This document shows positions 17,657 through 28,099 of a stretch of 64,000 nt of DNA, piece after piece. The stretch spans positions 737-64,736 of the forward strand of contig JBGPOW010000001.1 of assembly GCA_041488235.1 (NCBI GenBank). Reading direction: 5' to 3'. The position numbers and the translations under genes are program-made. The DNA is from Candidatus Binatia bacterium (GTDB lineage: Bacteria; Desulfobacterota; Binatia; UTPRO1). Below the pieces are notes generated by a model. It saw only the letters and a list, made by a program, of their open reading frames with translations. It was not told the origin of the DNA and searched no databases. Every line of letters starts with the position of its first letter. Position 1 is the stretch's first letter.

Positions 17657-18752
17657 GGATCAGTGGGCGAAACTCGCGGATCTTGTCGTTGTCGCGGCTC
17701 GGGTGCACACGGTTCGAGAGCACGACGACGTGCAACCCGCGGTCGAGGTCGATCCACAGCGACGTGCCGGTGAAGCCGACGTGGCCGACACTCTGACGCG
17801 AGAGCTCGCCGCCGGCGGTCGAGTCCTGGGGCGACGGCGTGTCCCACCCGAGCGCCCACGTCGACGAGCCGACTGGGTCGTTGCGGCGCCAGAATTCGCG
17901 GACGATCGCCGCCGGCAGGAAGAGGCTCTGGCCGTCGTAGCACTCGCGCAGCACGGTCGCGATCCGATCGACGTCGCGCGCCGAGGAGAAGAGGCCCGCG
18001 TGTCCGGCGACGCCGCCCATGGCGAAGGCGTTGTCGTCGTGCACCTCACCGCAGAGCACGCGTTTGCGCCACGGGCAGCGCTCGGTGGGCGCGATCATGT
18101 CCGCGATCGGCTCGAGGCGGCGCGTGCGTAGGAGCGAGAGGTCGACGTACGACGTCGCTCTCAGGCCGAGCGGCTTGTAGATGCGCTCGTAGCAGTAGCG
18201 GTCGAGCGACGTCCCGCTCACCTCCTCGACGACCGCCCCGAGGAGCATGAAGCCGAGATCACTATACTGGGTGCGTGCGCCGGCGGGAGCGTCGGGCTTC
18301 TCGCGCTGGATCGCTTCGTACACGAACTCCTTCGCACCGCGGCTCGCCGTGAAGTTGATGCGGCCCTCGCGCTCGATACGCAGAATGTCCTTCCAATACG
18401 GACGCCACGCGGGAAGGCCGGAGGTGTTCGCCAACAAATGGCGGAACGTCACGTGGGTTTTGCCGTGGACGCCGAAGTTGTGGAAGAAGCGGCTCACCCG
18501 ATCGTCGAGACTGATCTTGCGCTCCTTCAGCATGATCATCAGCGCGATCGAGGTGGCGAGCGGCTTCGTGAGCGACGCGAGGTCGAAAATCGTGTCCTCG
18601 CGCAGCGGCGAACGCTCGGGCTCGAGTGCCCGCATTCCTGCGGCGCGATGGAACACGACCTGGCCGCCGACGTTCACGAGCACGACGACGCCGGGAAAAA
18701 CGCCGCGCGCGACCGCGGCATCCATCTCCCGCTCGACGGCGGCGAAGTTCAT
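17622..18752 (-). CDS. Serine hydrolase, beta-lactamase/PBP4*/AmpH-like family
   Basis: SxxK motif in DLASLTKPLAT, plus YSDLGFMLLG and HVGFTGTSLWID. ATG at 18752 overlaps the ldcA stop. Confidence 0.8.
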   Translation of the reverse strand: MNFAAVEREMDAAVARGVFPGVVVLVNVGGQVVFHRAAGMRALEPERSPLREDTIFDLASLTKPLATSIALMIMLKERKISLDDRVSRFFHNFGVHGKTHVTFRHLLANTSGLPAWRPYWKDILRIEREGRINFTASRGAKEFVYEAIQREKPDAPAGARTQYSDLGFMLLGAVVEEVSGTSLDRYCYERIYKPLGLRATSYVDLSLLRTRRLEPIADMIAPTERCPWRKRVLCGEVHDDNAFAMGGVAGHAGLFSSARDVDRIATVLRECYDGQSLFLPAAIVREFWRRNDPVGSSTWALGWDTPSPQDSTAGGELSRQSVGHVGFTGTSLWIDLDRGLHVVVLSNRVHPSRDNDKIREFRPLIHDLIFRAATAS

Positions 18753-19645
18753 GCCGCGACCTCGACGCGCTTGCGATCGGCGTCGACACGCAACGGCACG
18801 CCGAGTGTGATCGGCAGGTTCTCCGAGAGATGACCGGCGGGAAACCCGGCGACGACCGGATACGGCGCGTCGGCGAAGAATTCGCGGAAGACCGCCGCCG
18901 CCACGTTCCCCTCCTCGTGGCCGTCGCAGTCGGCGAACGATCCGAGCACGACCGCCGCGACGCGCTCGAGCTTCCCCGCAAGGCGCATTTGCGTGAGCAT
19001 GCGATCGAGCCGGTACGGCCGCTCGGCGATGTCCTCGAGAAAGAGCACGGCGCCGTCGGTCTCGACCGCGTACGGCGTGCCGAGGAGCGCCACGAGCGAC
19101 GAGAGACAGCCGCCGACGACCGGCCCCGTCGCGACGCCGGGCGCGATCGCTTCGGGGACCGGCTCGCTCCACGGCGCCGCCGGCGCCGCGAGGAGCGCTT
19201 GCCAGCGTGCCGCTGCACGCGCCGTCACGCCCTTGGCGAAGTCGATCGCCACCATCGGCCCGTGCAGCGCAACGACGCCCGAGCGGGCGACGATGAACCC
19301 CAGGAGCGGCGCCACGTCGCTGTAGCCGCAGACGAGCTTCGGATGCCGCGCGAAGAGCTCCGGGTCGAGGAGCCGCATCACCTGCACCGATCCGTAGCCA
19401 CCGCGCGCGCAGATGACGGCGGCGACGTCCGGATCCTCGACCATGCGCGTGAGGTCCCACGCGCGCTCTTGCGCGGTGCCGGCACAGTAGCGATGGCGTG
19501 CGAGGACGTGCTCGCCGACGCGCACGCCGAATCCCCAGTTGCGCAGCAGCGCGAGTCCGCGGTCGAGCGCGTCCGGCTTGACGACGCCGGCGGGGGCGAC
19601 GACGCCCAACGTCGCGCCTTGCGCGACCGCTCGCGGGATGATCAT
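18749..19645 (-). CDS. ldcA: LD-carboxypeptidase (muramoyltetrapeptide carboxypeptidase, peptidase S66)
   Basis: ATLGVVAPAGVV...ICARGGYGS...VCGYSDVAPL...HG...E matches the S66 catalytic pattern. ATG at 19645. Confidence 0.8.
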   Translation of the reverse strand: MIIPRAVAQGATLGVVAPAGVVKPDALDRGLALLRNWGFGVRVGEHVLARHRYCAGTAQERAWDLTRMVEDPDVAAVICARGGYGSVQVMRLLDPELFARHPKLVCGYSDVAPLLGFIVARSGVVALHGPMVAIDFAKGVTARAAARWQALLAAPAAPWSEPVPEAIAPGVATGPVVGGCLSSLVALLGTPYAVETDGAVLFLEDIAERPYRLDRMLTQMRLAGKLERVAAVVLGSFADCDGHEEGNVAAAVFREFFADAPYPVVAGFPAGHLSENLPITLGVPLRVDADRKRVEVAA

Positions 19646-19670
19646 CGACGAGGACTCCGCGCCCGCGGCG

Positions 19671-20807
19671 TCATCCTTGCGGGAAGAATCGCCGGCGATC
19701 GTCCTGCATGCGCGCCTCGTACGCGCGCTCGAGCGCCAGCGTCGAGACGTAGTCGCGATCGGTCTCCTTACGCACGCGCCACACCTCCTGCGCCGCCTTG
19801 ACGAGACCACGGAGCTGCTCGGGGAAAAGACCTTGGAAGCCGTCGGATTTGGCGATCAATGGATTCGGATGCGCCTCGACGAGCACCACCGACGCACCCG
19901 CCATGACGCCGGCGAGGCTCAGCGGGAAGACGAGATCGCGGATGCCGGTGCCGTGCGACGCGTCGACGGCGACGGGCAGCCCCGAGAGCTGATAGTGGAA
20001 CGCGGCGACGCTTCCGAGGTCGAGGGTGTTCCGCGTGTAGCGATTGCAGCTCGTGATGCCGCGCTCGCAGAGGATGACGTTCTCCTTGCCAAGCGCCATC
20101 ACGCGTTCGACCCAGAGGAGGTACGCCTCGGTGTCGAGCGAGTTGCCGCGCTTGTGGATGATCGGCAGCGACGTCTCGCGCAGGCGATTCAAGAGCGCCT
20201 GGTTCTTGCTGTTCGGCTCGCCGACCTGCAGACAGGCGACGCCTGCATCTTCGTACACGGGTACGTCCGCGGGATCGAGGATCTCCACCACCGTCGGCAT
20301 GCCGAACGCGCGTCCCGCCTTCACGATGAGATCGAGACCGCGGCGCAGCGACTCGTGATCGCTCGACCCGAGTCCTTCCCAACCGCTGTACGGGCTCGAG
20401 CGGTACTTCACGACGCCGCCGCGAAGACAATGCGCGCCGGCTTCGCGCACCATGCGCGCCGCTTCCATGACCTGCGGCTCGCTCTCGACCGAGCACGGAC
20501 CGGCGACCACCGTGAGCTCGTCGCCACCCGTCACCACCGACCCGATCGCGACCGTCGACCGAATCGGGTGGAGCGGATCACCCTTTTGCGCCGCACGTTT
20601 GTAGGCGCGCGAGATCGGGATCAAGCGCTCGACCCCGGGCATCTGCGCCAGCTCCTCCTGCGGGAGCCGGAAGATGTCGCCGTAGACGCCGATCAGCGTC
20701 ACCTGCTCGCCGATCATCTTGCCGGTCTTGTACCCGAGGGTGTGGAGCTTCGCCTCGATCGCCGCAACCTCGGCGTCCGTGGCAATGGAGGACATCTTGA
20801 CGATCAT
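19671..20807 (-). CDS. 3-deoxy-7-phosphoheptulonate (DAHP) synthase, class I-beta, with an N-terminal ferredoxin-like regulatory domain
   Basis: LTVVAGPCSVES...KYRSSPYSGWEGLG...KRGNSLD.. matches AroG/KdsA-like TIM-barrel motifs. ATG at 20807. Confidence 0.85.
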   Translation of the reverse strand: MIVKMSSIATDAEVAAIEAKLHTLGYKTGKMIGEQVTLIGVYGDIFRLPQEELAQMPGVERLIPISRAYKRAAQKGDPLHPIRSTVAIGSVVTGGDELTVVAGPCSVESEPQVMEAARMVREAGAHCLRGGVVKYRSSPYSGWEGLGSSDHESLRRGLDLIVKAGRAFGMPTVVEILDPADVPVYEDAGVACLQVGEPNSKNQALLNRLRETSLPIIHKRGNSLDTEAYLLWVERVMALGKENVILCERGITSCNRYTRNTLDLGSVAAFHYQLSGLPVAVDASHGTGIRDLVFPLSLAGVMAGASVVLVEAHPNPLIAKSDGFQGLFPEQLRGLVKAAQEVWRVRKETDRDYVSTLALERAYEARMQDDRRRFFPQG

Positions 20808-20899
20808 GGCGAGACCTCGGCGGCGGATTCGCGCATCGCGGGCAGCGCACGCCTGCCGAAGCATTTCGATACCGCGGAAACGGCCGGCTTGCAAAGCTT

Positions 20900-21199
20900 T
20901 TGGGCCGCGTCTACTCGTACCGTGTGAGGCTTCGCGAGCCCGAGATGCGGCGCATCGCCGCCGCGCTCGTTTCCCGGTTGGAGAAGGCCGGCCTCATGCG
21001 CGTCGCCGCCGGTCGCGAAGCGTTGGAGCAACGCATCGTCGCGGCGTTCAAAGCGAACCTGCGCGCCGAGGAGGACATCGAGGCGGAAGCGGAACGATTT
21101 GCCGAGTCGCACAGTCGTGAGCTCGTCGGCATGGATCGTCACAGGGTTCTGCAGCTCGTGAAAGAACGCCTCGCGAAAGAGCGAGGATTCACGCTGTGA
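20900..21199 (+). CDS. Small conserved protein, probably DUF507 family
   Basis: 99 aa, helical, acidic. One of two tandem paralog-like genes upstream of groES. Confidence 0.5.
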   Translation: MGRVYSYRVRLREPEMRRIAAALVSRLEKAGLMRVAAGREALEQRIVAAFKANLRAEEDIEAEAERFAESHSRELVGMDRHRVLQLVKERLAKERGFTL

Positions 21200-21471
21200 G
21201 CCACGTTTCCGACGGGCGAATCTCGGCGCTCTCGCATCTCGTGCTGACGGAGCTCAAGCGCGGCCCCGTGGCGGATCTGCGTCCCGATCGTCTCGTGTTG
21301 CAGGAAATCAAGACGGTGCTGGGCGAATTTCTGCAAGTGGACGACGTGCTCGATGCGAAGGTGCGGCGCAAGATCGCCAGCCTTTCGCGCCGCGTCCCAG
21401 AGGGCAGCGCCGAGTGGGACGTGCTCTACCGCCAATATTTCGAGGAAGAGAAGCGAAAGCTCGGTCGCTGA
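21196..21471 (+). CDS. Small conserved protein, probably DUF507 family
   Basis: The C-terminus VRRKIASLSRRVPEGSAEWDVLYRQYFEEEKRKLG fits what I recall of DUF507. 4-nt overlap with the previous gene. Confidence 0.5.
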   Translation: MSHVSDGRISALSHLVLTELKRGPVADLRPDRLVLQEIKTVLGEFLQVDDVLDAKVRRKIASLSRRVPEGSAEWDVLYRQYFEEEKRKLGR

Positions 21472-21607
21472 GCGACCGCCCCGTTGACAAACCGCCCCTG
21501 ATGTTTATGTTGCCCGCGGGTTTTATCCCGCGCGCATTCGGTTCCTCATTCATGGGTAACCGATCAGAAACGTTCGCGATTTTCTCAAAGACGGAAAGGA
21601 GACACCG

Positions 21608-23557
<1,950 letters not shown>

Positions 23558-23603
23558 GCCGCGCCACGCTCTGAGCCGTCGCACGAGACGGCTCGACGGA
23601 AGC

Positions 23604-24047
23604 TCAGCTCCCCGGGCGCCGCGCCCGGGGGGCTTTTTCGTCCGCGCTCGAACTGAGCGCGCCGATCGCGACTGCCGCCGCGACGAGCGCCGTGTCGCGC
23701 GCGACCGTGAGCACCGTCACCGGCGCACGCACGCTTCCGAAGCACCCGCAGTCGAGGTTGATGTCGCGGGCGAGCGCCTGCACTGCAGCGACGGTAAACG
23801 CGACGAGAAGTGCGGTCGCGAGGACGGCGGCGGCACGGACAGTGCGGGGATACAAAAGCCCGAGCCCGCAGACGATCTCGACGCCCGGCACCGTCGCCGA
23901 GAACGGCGCCACCAAAGGCGCCGGCAGCAGTCGATAGTTCGCGACGTCGGCGGCGAACGCACGGACGTCCGCGAGCTTTGCGACGCCCGCGTAGAGAAAG
24001 AGTGCGGCGAGCACCGTGCGCAGCAACCACCAGGAGATCACGCGCAT
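23604..24047 (-). CDS. MauE/DoxX-family membrane protein
   Basis: Four TM helices, the CGCFG motif and VPGVEIVCGLGLL. Confidence 0.7.
   Translation of the reverse strand: MRVISWWLLRTVLAALFLYAGVAKLADVRAFAADVANYRLLPAPLVAPFSATVPGVEIVCGLGLLYPRTVRAAAVLATALLVAFTVAAVQALARDINLDCGCFGSVRAPVTVLTVARDTALVAAAVAIGALSSSADEKAPRARRPGS
23610..23638 (+). terminator. Rho-independent terminator after groEL
   Basis: CCCCGGGCGCCGCGCCCGGGGGG stem-loop followed by CTTTTT. It overlaps the 3' end of the convergent MauE/DoxX gene. Confidence 0.6.
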
Positions 24048-24063
24048 CGCTTGCGGCTACGGG

Positions 24064-24531
24064 TCAGTTGCAGATTTCGCACGGCCCGGACGCGGCGCTC
24101 CCGCCGCCGTCACGCCAGGCCCGGAAGCCGCCGCTCAGGACACGCACGTCGCCGTACCCGCTCGCGGCGAGCGACTGCGCGACGGGACCCGGGTCGGCGT
24201 CCTCGCCGCCGTACAGGACGACGGTCGAAGATTTCGCGACGCTCGCCAGCCACTCTGGCGCCTCGGCGCTGCACGGCAAGTGCACGGCGTCGACGACGTG
24301 CCCGACGGCATATTCTGATGCGCCGCGCACGTCGCCGAAGATCGCTTCGTGTGCTTCCAGGAGGCGTATCGCCGCCGCGACGTCGATGCGCGCAGGCTCC
24401 AAGGACGCCATCGCGCACTCCGCGGTGCCTTCGGTTTCGGCAACCCAGGACCGCAGCACCGAGACGCCGGCCGGGTGCAGCGAGTTCACACAGAGCCCGA
24501 GGAGCGCCCCTGCGGTGGCGAGCGTGAGCAT
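24064..24531 (-). CDS. Rhodanese-like domain protein with signal peptide
   Basis: Internal ATG at 24531. MLTLATAGALLGLCV signal peptide. A rhodanese fold is inferred from DVRGASEYAVGHVVDAVHLP...VVLYGGED...GYGDVRVLSGGFRAW, although the catalytic Cys position reads ...YGGED rather than a canonical CxxGxR loop. Pairs with the MauE/DoxX gene. Confidence 0.7.
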   Translation of the reverse strand: MLTLATAGALLGLCVNSLHPAGVSVLRSWVAETEGTAECAMASLEPARIDVAAAIRLLEAHEAIFGDVRGASEYAVGHVVDAVHLPCSAEAPEWLASVAKSSTVVLYGGEDADPGPVAQSLAASGYGDVRVLSGGFRAWRDGGGSAASGPCEICN

Positions 24532-24744
24532 CTGCAATACCGTGCGCACCGTCCCGCATTGTCGCGTCCCGAGGCGCGACTCGCAACTCCGACGGGCGAT
24601 CGGTACGGCGTTGACGGACGAAGCCCGCCATTGCGTCACGTACGGGGAGCAAAACCAGCCAGTACCAGGCCAACCCGGCCCGAAATAGGCCGTCACCAAG
24701 CGGCGACGCATGAGCATCGTAGAGACGATCAAGAACGCGGTAAC

Positions 24745-24966
24745 TCAGCTCGCGCCGTCGAGCCCGAGATCATGGGCGAGCCGCTTCGGAATGACGAGCG
24801 TCCCCTGGTCGCCGGGAGACCGCACGTCGCTGGTGCGGTCGATCAAGTGCAGCGGCACGCCAATGCGTCGCCGGTCGGGCAGCTCGCAGATCAGGACGAG
24901 CCCGTTACTCACGGCACGGACGTGCGCCACGCGCACGAGATCGGAAACGGGGGAATCGTACAGCAT
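24745..24966 (-). CDS. Hypothetical small protein (73 aa), family unresolved
   Basis: The ORF sits between the rhodanese gene and the CheY-like regulator. Its C-terminus TLVIPKRLAHDLGLDG is loosely AbrB/SpoVT-like. Confidence 0.25.
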   Translation of the reverse strand: MLYDSPVSDLVRVAHVRAVSNGLVLICELPDRRRIGVPLHLIDRTSDVRSPGDQGTLVIPKRLAHDLGLDGAS

Positions 24967-25077
24967 AGTGGACCTGCTTCCTTGCAGAGGTTCCTAGCGC
25001 CTCCCCGCGCCCCTCAACCCGCCCCAATTCCGGCGAGAGATGTACTCCGAAGCGGGAAGGAAAAACTACGCGGATCT

Positions 25078-25524
25078 CTACGCGCGTAGCGTTGATCCTG
25101 CGGTGAACTGGGCGGGCGCGCGCTGACGTTCGCAGTGCCGGTCGACGGCCGCGACCACATCCGGCCCGTCGATCGGCTTCAGTAGAAACTCCCGAATGCC
25201 GACTTTCTTCGCCCGAGCATCATCCGCCACATCGCCGGACAGAATCACGACCGGAGTTTTCACGACCTCGGGGTGAGCCTTCATGCGCTCCCAGACCGTC
25301 CAGCCGTCCATCCCCGGCATGCGTACATCGAGGAGGATAACGCACGGTCGAAGGCCCGCCTGCAGCATGTCAAGCGCTTCCGGTCCCGACGCCGCTCCGA
25401 CCACATCGAAGCCCATCGCCTGAAGCAACGTGACAATCGCCTCCCGGGTGTCCGTATAGTCATCGACGACCAGCACGTTGTGGCGAGAGTGGATCTCGTG
25501 GGACACCCCCGATTGCGTCGGCAT
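25078..25524 (-). CDS. Single-domain response regulator (CheY-like receiver)
   Basis: VLVVDDYTDTREAIVTLLQAMGFDV...ILLDVRMPGMDGWTVWERMK...VILSG...K. Confidence 0.75.
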   Translation of the reverse strand: MPTQSGVSHEIHSRHNVLVVDDYTDTREAIVTLLQAMGFDVVGAASGPEALDMLQAGLRPCVILLDVRMPGMDGWTVWERMKAHPEVVKTPVVILSGDVADDARAKKVGIREFLLKPIDGPDVVAAVDRHCERQRAPAQFTAGSTLRA

Positions 25525-25643
25525 GCTTCGGGCCTAGTCGTGGGGCGGGTGCTAGTCAAAACGCGGCGAGGACACGTGCGCGTGGTCCGTTGCCGCACCG
25601 CCCATGGTCCTATCGGTGCTATGGACGCTGCCCACAGTAGTCA

Positions 25644-25710
25644 AATCCGAGCACTCACCCGCTGAAAACCGAGCACTCGACGTCCTGGCCGACCAACTCC
25701 GAGCAGTACT
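25644..25710. repeat. Array of three AATCCGAGCAC / CCGAGCAGTAC motifs with about 22-bp spacing. It is the left boundary of the accessory island and is inverted relative to the array at 27831-27889.
   Basis: aaatccgagcactc at 25644, aaaaccgagcactc at 25666, ctccgagcagtac at 25698. Confidence 0.5.
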
Positions 25711-25905
25711 TGACGATGAGGAGGGTCGGAGCCCTGGCGTCCATCGCGCCGACCGACGACCAGGGCAATCAAGCAAAGGGCCGCTGCTTGCACCCTGGCA
25801 GGTCAGCGCAGCGGCCCGTGGTCGGTTCTTTGGTTCAACGCACCCTGCCCACGGCTGGAACCGTGGGCAGGGCCGAACACCGAGTGGTGGACCACCCGAT
25901 GCCCG

Positions 25906-26962
25906 TTGCAGCTACGGATTCTGGTCCGCCACTTGGGGAAAGACAAGTGGCCCGTGAACGTCCTCTCGTCTGAGAAGCAAACCCGCGTGATCGCCGCTCT
26001 CACTGAAGGCTGCTCCGTCCGCGCGACCGAGCGTCTGACCGACGTGCATCAGGAGACGATTCTCAACCTGAGCCGCCGCGTCGGCGAGGGCTGCCACCGT
26101 CTCCTCGACGGCATGCTCCGTGGCCTTCAGGTCGGCGTGATCGAGCTCGACGAGCAGTGGTCGTTTATCGGCTGCAAGCAGAAGAACGTCCGCGACGGCG
26201 AGCGCGAGCGCGGCGACTCGTGGCTCTTCATCGCGCTCGATGCGACTAGCAAGGCCGTCCTCAGCTACCGCATCGGCAAGCGCACGACGCAGAACACGAT
26301 GGCGCTCGCGCAGGACTTGCACGCGCGGCTCGTGAACCGGCCGCAGATCACGGCCGATGGATTCGTGCCCTACGTCAACGCCATCGCCGACGTGTTCGAC
26401 CGCAAGGTGGACTTCGCGCAGCTCATGAAGCACTACGGCACGCCGGCCGGAAACGAGGCGGCGGTGCGCTACTCCCCGGGCTCCATAAGAGGCATCGAGA
26501 AGCAGGTCGTCTGCGGCGCACCCGACGAGACGAAGATCAGCACCTCGTACGTCGAACGCTTCAACCTCTCGACGCGGATGCACCTCCGGCGCTTCACGCG
26601 GCTCACGAACGCGTTCTCGAAAAAGCTCGCGAACCACCGCGCGGCGATCGCGCTGCACCTTGCGTACTACAACCTGGTGGCGCATCCACGAAACGATCCG
26701 CTGCACGCCCGCGATGGCGCTCGGCGTGACCGATCATCCGTGGACCGTGGCCGAGCTGGTCGAGGCGGCGCTCAGCGCGCCGGAACCGACGCCGCTCCTT
26801 CCGACGCAGCCGCCGCTCCCGTTCGGCATGAGCGCCGGGCGCGCGAAGGGTACGTGGGGCGGTGCGCTCGCGGATCGGCCGAGGCCGACCAAGAACAAGG
26901 GCAACCCTGGGCCGAAAAGATTCCGGGTGATCAAGGGCGGGCGCGATCGCGCGGGGTCGTAG
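25906..26962 (+). pseudogene. IS1-family transposase (InsAB-like fusion), frameshifted near the C-terminus
   Basis: IELDEQWSFIG..WLFIALDATSKAVLSYRIGKRT..ITADG..STSYVERFNLSTRMHLRRFTRLTNAFSKKLANH aligns block-by-block with E. coli IS1 InsB. The frame breaks after ...AYYNLV (ORF 25906..26985) and resumes in ORF 26660..26962 (RIHETIRCTPAMALGVTDH...KRFRVIKGG). The intact paralog at 29014..30045 reads through in a single frame. Confidence 0.7.
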
Positions 26963-27089
26963 CCCCTGCGCGGGGCAATCCTTGACGCTAGCAAGTGCTG
27001 TGCTACGCTTCGATCGAATTGCTGAGCAATCAACTCCTCGTAGTTGAATGGACTTTGGGCGCAGGGCATAGTCGTCGGTAGGAGGCCAG

Positions 27090-27329
27090 ATGCATTCAGA
27101 CTTCCTTTTCGCCCGCCCTTCCAGACTCGCAGGATTGGCGCGTCTACTCGATTTCTTCGGGACGTTCGACGACTACAACACGAGTCCGTCACGCCCGCTC
27201 GCTGACGCGCGCGCGGTATATACTGACTGGGTCGTTACGGCAGACGACATTCGCAACGCGATGGCCGCCGTGAAGGCGCTGGAGCGTGACCCAAGTCAGG
27301 GCGAGTTATTCCCAGCAGTCGCTGGGTAG
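27090..27329 (+). CDS. Hypothetical protein (79 aa), coupled to the DUF2335 gene
   Basis: Its TAG stop directly abuts the ATG of the next gene (gggTAGATGagc). No family recognised. Confidence 0.35.
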   Translation: MHSDFLFARPSRLAGLARLLDFFGTFDDYNTSPSRPLADARAVYTDWVVTADDIRNAMAAVKALERDPSQGELFPAVAG

Positions 27330-27767
27330 ATGAGCAAGAAGGGCCGGGACCGGCAACTCGCTCATCAGCGTCAGCAGATCACTGCTCAGCGGCGCCTTGA
27401 GATCTTCCAGGGTCCGCTTCCCTCTCCCGACGTCCTGATTCGCTACAACGATGCGGTTCCTAACGGAGCTGAGCGTATCCTTGTCATGGCCGAAGGGCAG
27501 GCGACTCACCGTCAGGGGCTGGAGCGCGCTGTCGTCAACGGCAACATCCGAGCGCAGGCCCGCGCTCAGCGCTACGGGCTAGTAATCATCCTTGCGGTCG
27601 TCGCTGTTGGCGCGTGGCTGATGTCGCAGGGAAAGGACGGCTACGGGTTCGGTACGATCCTCGCGGGACTCGCCAGCCTCGTAGGCGTGTTCATGTGGGG
27701 CCGGTATCGCCAAGAACGTGAACGGCGGGAAAAGGCAGAGCAGTTTCAAGGCTCACCCGTCGGATAG
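27330..27767 (+). CDS. DUF2335-family membrane protein
   Basis: GPLPSPDVLIRYNDAVPNGAERILVMAEGQATHRQGLE... followed by two TM helices, which fits my recollection of DUF2335. Confidence 0.55.
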   Translation: MSKKGRDRQLAHQRQQITAQRRLEIFQGPLPSPDVLIRYNDAVPNGAERILVMAEGQATHRQGLERAVVNGNIRAQARAQRYGLVIILAVVAVGAWLMSQGKDGYGFGTILAGLASLVGVFMWGRYRQERERREKAEQFQGSPVG

Positions 27768-27830
27768 AGCGTCGCGACTTCCCGCTACGACTCACGACGG
27801 CGAACGGCAATCGCGCTGTTGGCGTTAGGT

Positions 27831-27972
27831 GGTCGGATTCGCCCGCGTCACGGGGGTGCTCGGATTTGACGCCCAGGGTGCTCGGATTCGGCGGCGCGAC
27901 GGCCAGAACCGAGCAGTACCCGACTAGCGGTACTGTCCTAACTAGGACACCCGCGGATTGAAAGTAGGACAC
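27831..27972. repeat. Repeat-rich junction with three GGTGCTCGGATT motifs of about 22-bp period, the 15-bp CAGTACCCGACTAGC repeat, the palindrome GTCCTAACTAGGAC and two TAGGACAC iterons
   Basis: ggtcggattc at 27831, ggtgctcggattt at 27855, ggtgctcggattc at 27877, gagcagtacccgactagc at 27911-27928, gtcctaactaggacac at 27935-27950, taggacac at 27965. Confidence 0.55.
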
Positions 27973-28099
27973 TCGCGTCTACTGGCCAAAATCGGGGGGG
28001 CCGTTTTTTCCTCGACGGCCACCCCTCGACCGTGGCACCCTGCGCGCACCAAATCTCGGCCGCCCCCGTCGGGCCCCCTAACGCCAGGAGGATTAGCCC

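Noticed and set aside
21472-21607. CIRCE (HrcA operator) upstream of groES
   Set aside because: I looked for TTAGCACTC-N9-GAGTGCTAA and close variants and did not see them. Only generic sigma-70-like hexamers and a short CGGTT/AACCG inverted repeat are present.
24710-24997. Plus-strand 95-aa ORF overlapping the small minus-strand ORF 24745..24966
   Set aside because: Ser/Arg/Thr-rich low-complexity translation. The minus-strand frame is marginally more protein-like, and even that is kept at low confidence.
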